Positions 11,407 through 22,300 of a stretch of 64,000 nucleotides of DNA are shown one piece after another. The position numbers and the translations under genes were made by a program. Where the stretch lies: NCBI GenBank assembly GCA_964016885.1, contig OZ024747.1:74090001-74154000 (forward strand), in the 5' to 3' direction. This stretch comes from Eledone cirrhosa (lineage: Eukaryota). The stretch's first letter is position 1. The number at the start of each line of letters is the position of its first letter. The notes below the pieces were generated by a model, which saw only the letters and a program-made list of their open reading frames with translations, made no database searches and was not told where the DNA came from.

Positions 11407-14400
11407 GACTAACATAATTCTCAAAAACATTATCATCACAAACAAAATAAACATTACTGACTTAAATCATCTCTATTATGCATCGGCTAAAGTCACCACT
11501 CACTTATGTGGAGTGAAGATGAAAAAACAAAGGAATTCCCACAAGAAATCTACTTGGCAAGATAACATCAATCGCCAAATAAACCTTCTCCGATCTGACA
11601 TAGAAATTTTAACAAACTATAAAGTAGGTGAACATGTTAAACAAACTAAACTTAGAAAATTAAAAAAAAAGTACAGTATAAGATCAACATGTGACATAGA
11701 CATGCTGATAGAAACAATCAAGCAAAAAGTGTCGGCCAAAGCTGCTCGTATAAGGCGCTTTGAAAAACGATCTAGATTCTATAAGGACAATAATATGTTC
11801 AAAAACAACCAAAGAAACTTCTACAGAAAAATTGGTAAGTCAACAATAACTGCTAAATCAATACCACCCAAGGAGGAAGTGCAAGAATTCTGGGAAAAGA
11901 TCTGGGCCGAAGAAAAAGTTCATAACATACATGCCCCATGGATAGACAGACAAATGAAAGAAACAGCTCACCTTGAAGAACAAACATGGGAAAATATAAC
12001 AGTTGAACAGCTGCGCTTGGCTCTAAGAAAAACCAGCAAATGGAAATCCCCAGGAAAAGACAAAATACAAAACTTTTGGATAAATGCCTTCACAGAGTCT
12101 CATGAGCTGTTAGCCCAACTTTACAATGAAATAGTTAAGGAGCCAGAAAAGATACCATCATGGCTAGTTAACGGCATTACATTCCTGCTACCGAAGAATG
12201 ATGAGACAAACAATCCCAAAAATTACAGACCGATAACCTGCTTGACCACAATGTATAAAATTTTAACATCAGTCCTAACTGAATACACATATGACCACCT
12301 GATAACAAATGACCTATTTCCCATTGAGCAGAAAGGGTGTAAACGAGGCTCATATGGCTGTAAGGATCAGCTTCTGGTTAACAAAATGATACTGGAAGAT
12401 TGTCATAATAGACACAAAAATCTATCGATTGCTTGGATAGATTATAAAAAAGCATTTGATAGTTTGCCACACAGTTGGATTGAAAAATGTTTAGAGATTT
12501 TCAAAATATCCCCCGTTGTCAGGAGGTTTTTGTCATTCAGTATGAGGACATGGAGAACGACACTCCTTTTGAATAGTGAAACAAAATCACTGGAAGCTGG
12601 AGAAGTTAACATTAATTGTGGAATTTTTCAGGGTGACTCTTTATCACCGCTTTTATTCTGCATCGCACTTATACCATTAAGTAAAATGCTCAATGAAACA
12701 AAACATGGATATAGAGTCTATGACAAAACCATTAATCACCTGTTCTACATGGATGACCTGAAACTATTTGCAAAAAATGATGAACAATTGCAAGGGCTAT
12801 TATCCACTGTGAAGCAGTTCAGTGATGACATTAAAATGGAGTTTGGACTGGATAAATGCGCCAAAGCAACGTTCACCAGAGGAAAGCTGCTGAAGAGTTC
12901 AGACATTAATCTTGATCGGGGGAACGTGATAAGAGAGCTTGATCAAGAACAAACTTACAAATATCTAGGTGTTTGTGAAGGAGACGGAATCAAGCACTCG
13001 ACAATGAGGGAAAGGATAAGGAAGGAATGTTACCGCAGAGTCAGAGCAATCTTAAGAACGGAATTGAATGCAAGGAATAGGATCGATGCCATAAACACGC
13101 TTGCCATACCAGTAGTAACCTACAGTTACAATGTCATCAACTGGTCAAGCACAGAGATCCGTAGGCTCGATACAAAAATCCGAAAATTCTTAACCATGCA
13201 CAGAATGCATCACCCTAAGGCAGACATAGATAGAATATATCTCCCTAGGAAAGAAGGAGGACGTGGGTTAATCCAGTTAGACATTGCGTTGAAAACTGCA
13301 ACAATTGGATTATCCACATATCTAAGGGAATCACATGATTGGATGATCAAACTCGTTTTGAAACACGAAAGCACCAAAAGATCATATTCCATTACAAAAG
13401 ATGCACAAAGATACAGTAATGGACTACAAATTTCAGAAGTCCCATTTACTGCTGAAATGGAAAACACAGAAAAAGCAAAGCAGGTAAAAGTAACTGCAAA
13501 GAAAGAACTGCTACAGAAACTGGCTAAGAAATGGCAAGAAAAGCCTCTGTATGGAAAATACCCAGAGCGAGCTAACAATCCTGATGTTGACAAAACTTTA
13601 ACCCATCAGTGGTTGGCATCCTCTGGACTGAAATCGGAGACTGAAGGACTGATTATATCCGCACAAGATCAGTGTCTGCCAACAAAAAATTACCAAGCCA
13701 ACATAATAAAAAATGGGTGCAGCCCACTATGCCGTGTATGCAAAAAACAACCAGAGACCATTGACCATATAATTTCAATGTGCAGTCCTATAGCTCCAAC
13801 CGAATACCTAAACAGGCATGACAGAGCTGCACAATACATACATTGGATAATGTGTAAGCATTTTGACCTGCCCCATCAAAAGAATTGGTGGGAGCATCAA
13901 CCACCTCCCATACTTGAAAAAGATCACATCTCAATCTTGTGGAACTTTAGCATCCAAACAGACCGAACAATAGATGCAAATAGACCTGATATAATATTGA
14001 AGGACTTTCAAAGGAGGGTATGCCTGCTAATTGATATGTCTGTTCCAATAGACAAGAATGTATCTATAAAAACATTTGAAAAATTGAGCAAGTATAAGGA
14101 CCTGGAGATAGAAATTGGAAAAATGTGGAAATTGAGAACTAAAACAATACCAGTGGTTGTAGGCGCTCTGGGAATGATACCTAAGGGGTCTAACGACTAC
14201 TTATCGCAAATCCCAGGAAACCCGCGTATAGGAGAAATACAAAAGATAGTACTAATGGGAACTGCCCATATACTAAGGAAGATCCTGTCAATATAAGTAC
14301 ATCACAAGTCTAAACACTAAGGATGCATGTGTGAATATGTGTGTTCTTTCTTGAACATGGCGGACCTTGTTGTCTCTTGAGGTCACTGGTTGTGACTTGG

Positions 14401-14437
14401 TGATAACTCGTATAAACATAAAGCAAGATAAATGCAA
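11405..14437 (+). mobile_element. R4/Dong-clade RLE retrotransposon family A, copy A1 (5'-truncated)
   Basis: Flanked by (AAT)n at 11354-11405 and 14437-14455. Matches copy A3 from ~25610 onward. Confidence 0.92.
11519..14296 (+). CDS. RT + CCHC knuckle + PD-(D/E)xK restriction-like endonuclease, N-terminus lost
   Basis: [79 protein letters not shown]. The frame is open from the truncation point; first ATG at 11519. Confidence 0.92.
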   Translation: MKKQRNSHKKSTWQDNINRQINLLRSDIEILTNYKVGEHVKQTKLRKLKKKYSIRSTCDIDMLIETIKQKVSAKAARIRRFEKRSRFYKDNNMFKNNQRNFYRKIGKSTITAKSIPPKEEVQEFWEKIWAEEKVHNIHAPWIDRQMKETAHLEEQTWENITVEQLRLALRKTSKWKSPGKDKIQNFWINAFTESHELLAQLYNEIVKEPEKIPSWLVNGITFLLPKNDETNNPKNYRPITCLTTMYKILTSVLTEYTYDHLITNDLFPIEQKGCKRGSYGCKDQLLVNKMILEDCHNRHKNLSIAWIDYKKAFDSLPHSWIEKCLEIFKISPVVRRFLSFSMRTWRTTLLLNSETKSLEAGEVNINCGIFQGDSLSPLLFCIALIPLSKMLNETKHGYRVYDKTINHLFYMDDLKLFAKNDEQLQGLLSTVKQFSDDIKMEFGLDKCAKATFTRGKLLKSSDINLDRGNVIRELDQEQTYKYLGVCEGDGIKHSTMRERIRKECYRRVRAILRTELNARNRIDAINTLAIPVVTYSYNVINWSSTEIRRLDTKIRKFLTMHRMHHPKADIDRIYLPRKEGGRGLIQLDIALKTATIGLSTYLRESHDWMIKLVLKHESTKRSYSITKDAQRYSNGLQISEVPFTAEMENTEKAKQVKVTAKKELLQKLAKKWQEKPLYGKYPERANNPDVDKTLTHQWLASSGLKSETEGLIISAQDQCLPTKNYQANIIKNGCSPLCRVCKKQPETIDHIISMCSPIAPTEYLNRHDRAAQYIHWIMCKHFDLPHQKNWWEHQPPPILEKDHISILWNFSIQTDRTIDANRPDIILKDFQRRVCLLIDMSVPIDKNVSIKTFEKLSKYKDLEIEIGKMWKLRTKTIPVVVGALGMIPKGSNDYLSQIPGNPRIGEIQKIVLMGTAHILRKILSI

Positions 14438-14621
14438 ATAATAATAATAATAATAGGGAAGAAGACGCACGAGGTGACAGAGGTCATGAAATCGCTCCCA
14501 TAAGTTTTGAATTTTTAACATATTTAAATCATTTGTGAAATAACAACTCTTAGTACAAATGCTACGTAAAGCACCCGGCTTGAGCCCCAAAAAAATTCGG
14601 ACCCAAAATATATTGTTATAA

Positions 14622-15263
14622 GGCTCAAATATTCAAATATTCAACTTTGTATTGTACACTGTATATCCAAAAAAAAATGGCTATAAATGGAAGAAGAAGA
14701 ACCCCCCGCCCTCCTCTCCTCTGGCTACACTATATAGGACAGCTAAACTCACCAACACCAGAAACTAGATACACCACCCACCCCTTCATCTGTGTACACT
14801 AAACACAACAGCATTTTCACCTTCACCGCCACCGCTCACTACGGCCATCATTACCACCACTATCCCATCACCGCCGCCACCACCCCTTGACTCCTTCACT
14901 GCTGCTGCCACCGCTACAGCACCATCACTACAGTAATACGGCTCAAATATTCAAATATTCAACTTTGTATTGTACACTGTATATCCAGAAAAAAATAAAA
15001 TGGCTATAAATGGAAGAAGAAGAACCCCCCCCCCTCCTCTCCTCTGGCTACACTATATAGGACAGCGAAACTCACCAACACCAGAAACTAGATACACCAC
15101 CCACCCCATCATCTGTGTACACTAAACACAACAGCATTTTCACCTTCACCGCCACCGCTCACTACGGCCATCATTACCACCACTATCCCATCACCGCCGC
15201 CACCACCCCCTGACTCCTTCACTGCTGCTGCCACCGCTACAGCACCATCACTACAGTAATACG
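14622..15263 (+). repeat. ~320-bp tandem duplication in the B1 5'UTR
   Basis: GGCTCAAATATTCAAATATTC starts at both 14622 and 14940. B2 has a single copy. Confidence 0.92.
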
Positions 15264-15833
15264 GTCGCATCACCGCCACCACTGCCTCGGTATCGACATC
15301 ACCACCACCACTGTCTCAGTATCGCCAACGCCGCCAGTCTCTGCTGGCTACCACTTCCACATTATAGAATTCCTACTACTAACAAAGAGGAAGGCATCAA
15401 AATATATAGATAGACTCAAAAGAAAAAAGAAAAAACAAACAACAAAAGCAGCACAGCAACAACAGTAAAAAACGAGAAAAACAGAGAAAAACAAAAACAA
15501 AAAAAGAAACCCCAAAAACGTAAAGAAAATAAGAATGAAGAGAGAAGCAGGCGGACGGACAGAGAAGAGGGGGGAAAAAGTAAAACTTAAAAAACAAAAA
15601 CTAAGTCAGACATTCGAATACTACATTACAATGAAACTTATGCTTATTCATTTTTGGGGCCCTTTCTGCCCGTGTGTTTGTTTGTTTATGTGTGTCCGTA
15701 TACAGCGTGGTGATAATGCCACACAAGGGCCAAGTGGGATGGCGGATCCACAGATGGCTATGTAAACATACATTCGCCAATCCTCGATAAGAGTGTTTAA
15801 ATATCGAACATAAACAGTTCGAATAACGGTGAA

Positions 15834-18800
15834 ATGGAGACTAGAACGTCATGTGACAGACTCTCACCCAACAGGTGCCCCCTGGCTCAGCAGCAGGAAC
15901 CTGACTGTCAACCAAATACTGCTGATGTTGGAGGAAGAAGAAGAAGGAAAGGGGCCAGAACCAACTGGACGAAAGAATTGAATAGAACTGTTATGCAATG
16001 CTACCTGAAAAGTAACCCCAAGGAGAGGGGCTACAGGAGACGGATGCATAACATCTGGAACGAGATTGGTTTATTTAAATTAGATGAACAAAAATTGGCC
16101 GGGCAGGCTCGGGTAATAAGAACTAATGGGTGGATAAGCGAGCTGGAACTGGAGGAACTGAGCAGAGAGAATGGCTTGGATATGGCGGGTGTAGTATGCC
16201 AGACAAGCGAGCCGGCGGGAAATGAAGGTGAGGAGGTCCTGAGAACGGAGGAACCACCCGAAGCAGACAATGATCTGAATACTGAGATAAATAATACCTG
16301 GAACAGAGATACGGCCACTGAGGAGATGAATGCTGACGGGCTAGGACAAGATTCGGTTGACATTCTAAATTTAGTGGTAGATGAGTTGAACAATGATAGT
16401 GGGAGACCTATGAACCTAAGATTTGTAGACAGGAAAAAGTTAAAAGAAACAACAGCTAAGGTAAACAAAGTCATCCCATACCTTGAGGCGAGGAGTCTTC
16501 ACCAGTGCAACAATATCCTCAAAGCAACAGCAAATACGGTGAGGAAACTACTTGGTATAAAAGCGAGAGGAAACAACAGACAAGAAAGAGCAGAGCCGTG
16601 GTGGAAGAAGCGACTGAGTGGGCAAATCGGGGAAATGAGAAATGACATAGGAAAGCTTGAGTCACTACTGAATGGGACACTAAAAAACATAGGCACTAAA
16701 AATAGACTGGAAATAAAATACAAAACTAGGAGTAAAAAGCTAAATATTATCATAGAGGAATTGAAGCAACGCATTGTAGCAAAGAGTGCCAAAATCAGGC
16801 GATACGAGAACAGAGTCAGTCAGTATAAACAGAACCGCATGTTCGACAACAACCAGAAGATGCTGTTTGGACAGCTTGAGGGGAAAGAAAGAGGCAACGA
16901 CTTGATCCCTGGGGCGGAACAAGCTAAAACATTCTGGAGAGGAATATGGGAGCAGGATGTTAGACACAATGCCCAGGCAGGGTGGATTGAGACAGTACAG
17001 AGGGAGATCGGTGAGCAGGCACAGCAACAGACTGATTTGAGTATCACAGTTGAAACTCTTAAGGGGCAAGCCAAAAAACTAACCAACTGGAAATCACCAG
17101 GCCCAGATGGTGTGCAGGGGTATTGGATTAAACATTTAACATCCCTCCACCCGAAGCTGACGGCCATGTTCAATGACTGCTTGGTGTCGGGTGAGGTGCC
17201 AGAGTGGTTGACAAAAGGTACCACAGTTCTGATAATGAAAGACCGAATCAAGGGTAATGATGTTACCAACTATAGACCTATCACATGTCTGCCCGTAATG
17301 TGGAAACTGTTGACGAGCATTGTGTCTGAGGAAATCTACCATCACCTCCACACAAACAACTTGTTGCCGGACGAACAGAAAGGATGCCGAAAGAAGTCAC
17401 GTGGTACAAAGGACCAGTTGCTTATTGATAAGATGGTAATGGGGAATTGCAGGAAGAGACACACTGATCTTGCCATGGGATGGATAGACTACAGAAAGGC
17501 ATTTGACATGGTGCCTCATTCCTGGATCACCAAAAGCCTGGAGATATTCAGGGTGGCAGATAACATCAGACAGTTGCTGGGCAGGAGTATGGGGTCCTGG
17601 GAGACAGAGTTGACATCAACTGGAGTATCCTTGGGAAGCGTGAAGATCAAGAGAGGTATCTTCCAGGGAGATAGCCTGTCCCCTCTGTTGTTTGTCCTTG
17701 CCCTGATGCCCTTGACCATTATGCTGCGAAAAGTGAGAGCAGGATACAAGTTGGGAAGGGGAGAGCTTACCATCAATCACCTCCTCTTCATGGACGATCT
17801 TAAGCTCTTCGGGAAAAGTGAGAAGGAGTTGGATGTGCTTGTTGACACTGTCCGTATTTTCAGCAGTGATATATGTATGCAGTTTGGTATTAGTAAATGT
17901 GGAGTCATTGTGATGAGGAGGGGTAGGTTGAGCAGAAGTAACGGGATCCAGATACCAACAGGTGAGATGATAAAGGAAATTGACTCTGAGGAAGGATACA
18001 AGTATTTGGGCGTTCTGGAGGCTGATGGCATAAAGAACAAAAAAATGAAGGAATTGTTAAGAACTGAATACATTCGGAGAGTAAGGAGCGTGTTGAAGTC
18101 ACATCTGAACAGCAGAAATGCCATAAGCGCAGTAAATTCCCGAGCTGTGTCTATTATTAGGTACAGTGCGGGAATTCTGAGATGGAATGTTGCTGAACAA
18201 AAAGAAATGGATAGGAAGACTAGGAAGCTATTGACTATCTACAACATGTTCCACAAGAGGAGTGATGTCGATAGACTCTACCTAAGGAGATCTGAGGGTG
18301 GAAGAGGTCTTATCAGCATAGAGGACTGTGTTCAGATGGAGAAAAACAACCTATACAAATACGTGACCTATAGTAAGGAGCCAATGCTCAGAGCTGTACT
18401 GAAGGAGGGGACAGTAGGCCAGGGGATACTCAAGGAGGAAATAACATCAAGGAGGAAGAGCAGCCTTAAGGGAAAATCCCTTCATAGTACCTTCTTTGAG
18501 AAAACTGAATTTAGAGATCCACAGACATGGAACTGGTTGAGAAGAGGAGACCTCAAAAAGGCTACAGAAGGAATGCTAATGGCTGCGCAGGAGCAGGCCC
18601 TCAAAACGAAGTGGTTGAAGCACCATATCTACAAGGAGGAGGCTAGCCCACTGTGCAGGATCTGTGGAGAGAGAGAGGAGACTGTGGCTCACATTGTGTC
18701 CGAGTATAAACACCTAGCCCAGACCCACTATAAGGGCTGGAGACACGATGTGATGGGCAGGGTGATCCACTGGCACCTGTGCAAAGTAAACAATCTACCA

Positions 18801-19226
18801 CATTCTGAGAAATGGTATGAGCATAGGCCAGAGGCGGTGATGGAGAACAGTCAGGTGAAGGTGCTGTGGGATTTTAGGATACAGACGGACAAAAAACTGG
18901 AACACAATAGACCTGACCTGGTGGTTGTGGACAAAGAAAAAAGATCGTGCCTGATTGTGGATGTGGCCTGCCCGTTCGACACGAGAGTGCAAGAGAAGGA
19001 GAGGGAGAAAATTAACCGATACCAGGACCTAAAGTGGGAGGTGAAAAGGATTTGGAACTGCCATGAAGTCAAAGTGATCCCGATTGTCATAGGCGCACTG
19101 GGGACTATCTCCAAAGGTTTCCAGGGATGGTTAAAGAAAATCGGCCCCTTCACGCTTTTTGGAACGCTTCAAAGGGCATGCTTGCTTGGAACAGCAAGAA
19201 CCCTCCGATACGTCCTGAATATCTGA
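15834..19226 (+). CDS. RT-RLE polyprotein (1130 aa), CCHC knuckle altered to CCHY
   Basis: N-terminal RTNWTKELN; [57 protein letters not shown]. Confidence 0.95.
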   Translation: METRTSCDRLSPNRCPLAQQQEPDCQPNTADVGGRRRRKGARTNWTKELNRTVMQCYLKSNPKERGYRRRMHNIWNEIGLFKLDEQKLAGQARVIRTNGWISELELEELSRENGLDMAGVVCQTSEPAGNEGEEVLRTEEPPEADNDLNTEINNTWNRDTATEEMNADGLGQDSVDILNLVVDELNNDSGRPMNLRFVDRKKLKETTAKVNKVIPYLEARSLHQCNNILKATANTVRKLLGIKARGNNRQERAEPWWKKRLSGQIGEMRNDIGKLESLLNGTLKNIGTKNRLEIKYKTRSKKLNIIIEELKQRIVAKSAKIRRYENRVSQYKQNRMFDNNQKMLFGQLEGKERGNDLIPGAEQAKTFWRGIWEQDVRHNAQAGWIETVQREIGEQAQQQTDLSITVETLKGQAKKLTNWKSPGPDGVQGYWIKHLTSLHPKLTAMFNDCLVSGEVPEWLTKGTTVLIMKDRIKGNDVTNYRPITCLPVMWKLLTSIVSEEIYHHLHTNNLLPDEQKGCRKKSRGTKDQLLIDKMVMGNCRKRHTDLAMGWIDYRKAFDMVPHSWITKSLEIFRVADNIRQLLGRSMGSWETELTSTGVSLGSVKIKRGIFQGDSLSPLLFVLALMPLTIMLRKVRAGYKLGRGELTINHLLFMDDLKLFGKSEKELDVLVDTVRIFSSDICMQFGISKCGVIVMRRGRLSRSNGIQIPTGEMIKEIDSEEGYKYLGVLEADGIKNKKMKELLRTEYIRRVRSVLKSHLNSRNAISAVNSRAVSIIRYSAGILRWNVAEQKEMDRKTRKLLTIYNMFHKRSDVDRLYLRRSEGGRGLISIEDCVQMEKNNLYKYVTYSKEPMLRAVLKEGTVGQGILKEEITSRRKSSLKGKSLHSTFFEKTEFRDPQTWNWLRRGDLKKATEGMLMAAQEQALKTKWLKHHIYKEEASPLCRICGEREETVAHIVSEYKHLAQTHYKGWRHDVMGRVIHWHLCKVNNLPHSEKWYEHRPEAVMENSQVKVLWDFRIQTDKKLEHNRPDLVVVDKEKRSCLIVDVACPFDTRVQEKEREKINRYQDLKWEVKRIWNCHEVKVIPIVIGALGTISKGFQGWLKKIGPFTLFGTLQRACLLGTARTLRYVLNI

Positions 19227-19312
19227 GGCTGCAGGTAGTGGCTTGATATTCAATCCAACGGACTTTCCAGTTAACCAACATCAATGACTGAGATTCAAGG
19301 AATAACAATAAC

Positions 19313-19346
<34 letters not shown>

Positions 19347-19356
19347 GGAATAATAA

Positions 19357-22300
19357 GGGAAGAAGACGCACGAGGTGACGGAGGTCATGAAATCGCTCCC
19401 GTAAGTTTTGAATTTTTAACATATTTAAATCATTTGTGAAATAACAACTCTTAGTACAAATGCTACGTAAAGCACCCGGCTTGAGCCCCCAAAAATTCGG
19501 ACCCAAAATATATTGGTATAAGGCTCAAATATTCAAATATTCAACTTTGTATTGTACACTGTATATCCCCCCCCAAAAATGGCTATAAATGGAAGAAGAA
19601 GAACCCCCCCCTCCTCTCTTCTGGCTACACTATATAGGACAGCTAAACTCACCAACACCAGAAACTAGATACACCACCCACCCCATCATCTGTGTACACT
19701 AAACACAACAGCATTTTCACCTTCACCGCCACCGCTCACTACGGCCATCATTACCACCACTATCCCATCACCACCGCCACCACCCCTTGACTCCTTCACT
19801 GCTGCTGCCACCGCTACAGCACCATCACTACAGTAATACGGTCGCATCACCGCCACCACTACCTCGGTATCGACATCACCACCACCACTGTCTCAGTATC
19901 GCCAGCGCCGCCAGCCTCCCACTTCTCCCTGCTGGCTGCTACTACTTCCACATTATAGAATTCCTACTACTAACAAAGAGGAAGGCATCAAAATATATAG
20001 ATAGACTCAAAAGAAAAAAGAAAAAACAAACAACAAAACCAAAGCAGCACAGCAACAACAGCAAAAAACGAGAAAAACAAACAGAGAAAAACAAAAACAA
20101 AAAAAGAAACCCCAAAAACGTAAAGAAAATAAGAATGAAGAGAGAGGCAGGCGGACGGACAGAGAAGAGGGGGGAAAAAGTAAAACTTAAAAAACAAAAA
20201 CTAAGTCAGACATTCGAATACTACATTACAATGAAACTTATGCTTATTCATTTTTGGGGCCCTTTCTGCCCGTGTGTTTGTTTGTTTATGTGTGTTCGTA
20301 TACAGCGTGGTGATAATGCCACACAAGGGCCAAGTGGGATGGCGGAACCACAGATGGCTATGTAAACATACATTCGCCAATCCTCGATAAGAGTGTTTAA
20401 ATATCGAACATAAACAGTTCGAATAACGGTGAAATGGAGACTAGAACGTCATGTGACAGACTCTCACCCAACAGGTGCCCCCTGGCTCAGCAGCAGGAAC
20501 CTGACTGTCAACCAAATACTGCTGATGTTGGAGGAAGAAGAAGAAGGAAAGGGGCCAGAACCAACTGGACGAAAGAATTGAATAGAACTGTTATGCAATG
20601 CTACCTGAAAAGTAACCCCAAGGAGAGGGGCTACAGGAGACGGATGCATAACATCTGGAACGAGATTGGTTTATTTAAATTAGATGAACAAAAATTGGCC
20701 GGGCAGGCTCGGGTAATAAGAACTAATGGGTGGATAAGCGAGCTGGAACTGGAGGAACTGAGCAGAGAGAATGGCTTGGAGATGGCGGGTGTAGTATGCC
20801 AGACAAGCGAGCCGGTGGGAAATGAAGGTGAGGAGGTCCTGAGAACGGAGGAACCACCCGAAGCAGACAATGATCTGAATACTGAGATAAATAATACCTG
20901 GAACAGAGATACGGCCACTGAGGAGATGAATGCTGACGGGCTAGGACAAGATTCGGTTGACATCCTGAATCTAGTGGTAGATGAATTGAACAATGATAGT
21001 GGGAGACCTATGAACCTAAGATTTGTAGACAGGAAAAAGTTAAAAGAAACAACAGCTAAGGTAAACAAAGTCATCCCATACCTTGAGGCGAGTAGTCTTC
21101 ACCAGTGCAACAATATCCTCAAAGCAACAGCAAATACGGTGAGGAAACTACTTGGTATAAAAGCGAGAGGAAACAACAGACAAGAAAGAGCAGAGCCGTG
21201 GTGGAAGAAGCGACTGAGTGGGCAAATCGGGGAAATGAGAAATGACATAGGAAAGCATGAGTCACTACTGAATGGGACACTAAAAAACATAGGCACTAAA
21301 AATAGACTGGAAATAAAATACAAAACTAGGAGTAAAAAGCTAAATATTATCATAGAGGAATTGAAGCAACGCATTGTAGCAAAGAGTGCCAAAATCAGGC
21401 GATACGAGAACAGAGTCAGTCAGTATAAACAGAACCGCATGTTCGACAACAATCAGAAGATGCTGTTTGGACAGCTTGAGGGGAAAGAAAGAGGCAACGA
21501 CTTGATCCCTGGGGCGGAACAAGCTAAAACATTCTGGAGAGGAATATGGGAGCAGGATGTTAGACACAATGCCCAGGCAGGGTGGATTGAGACAGTACAG
21601 AGGGAGATCGGTGAGAAGGCACAACAACAGACTGATTTGAGTATCACAGTTGAAACTCTTAAGGGGCAAGCCAAAAAACTAACCAACTGGAAATCACCAG
21701 GCCCAGATGGTGTGCAGGGGTATTGGATTAAACATTTAACATCCCTCCACCCGAAGCTGACGGCCATGTTCAATGACTGCTTGGTGTCGGGTGAGGTGCC
21801 AGAGTGGTTGACAAAAGGTACCACAGTTCTGATAATGAAAGACCGAATCAAGGGTAATGATTTTACCAACTATAGACCTATCACATGTCTGCCCGTAATG
21901 TGGAAACTGTTGACGAGCATTGTGTCTGAGGAAATCTACCATCACCTCCACACAAACAACTTGTTACCGGACGAACAGAAAGGATGCCGAAAGAAGTCAC
22001 GTGGTACAAAGGACCAGTTGCTTATTGATAAGATGGTAATGGGGAATTGCAGGAGGAGACACACTGATCTTGCCATGGGATGGATAGACTACAGAAAGGC
22101 ATTTGACATGGTGCCTCATTCCTGGATCACCAAAAGCCTGGAGGTCTTCAGGGTGGCAGATAACAACAGACAGTTGCTGGGCAGGAGTATGGGGTCCTGG
22201 GAGACAGAGTTGACATCAACTGGAGTATCCTTGGGAAGCGTGAAGATCAAGAGAGGTATCTTCCAGGGAGATAGCCTGTCCCCTCTGTTGTTTGTCCTTG

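Larger units (their letters stand above)
14456..19300 (+). mobile_element. R4/Dong-clade family B, full-length copy B1
   Basis: Begins GGGAAGAAGACG after (AAT)n. ~1.4 kb 5'UTR, 1130-aa ORF, 74-bp 3'UTR, AAT/AAC tail. Confidence 0.95.

Noticed and set aside
15700-15833. HDV-like ribozyme in the Dong-B leader (TCCTCG motif)
   Set aside because: I could not build P1/P3 pairing or the nested pseudoknot around the motif.
19787-20365. 192-aa ORF upstream of the B2 ORF as an ORF1
   Set aside because: Non-ATG start, low-complexity CAC- and A-rich sequence, and not kept open in copy B1.
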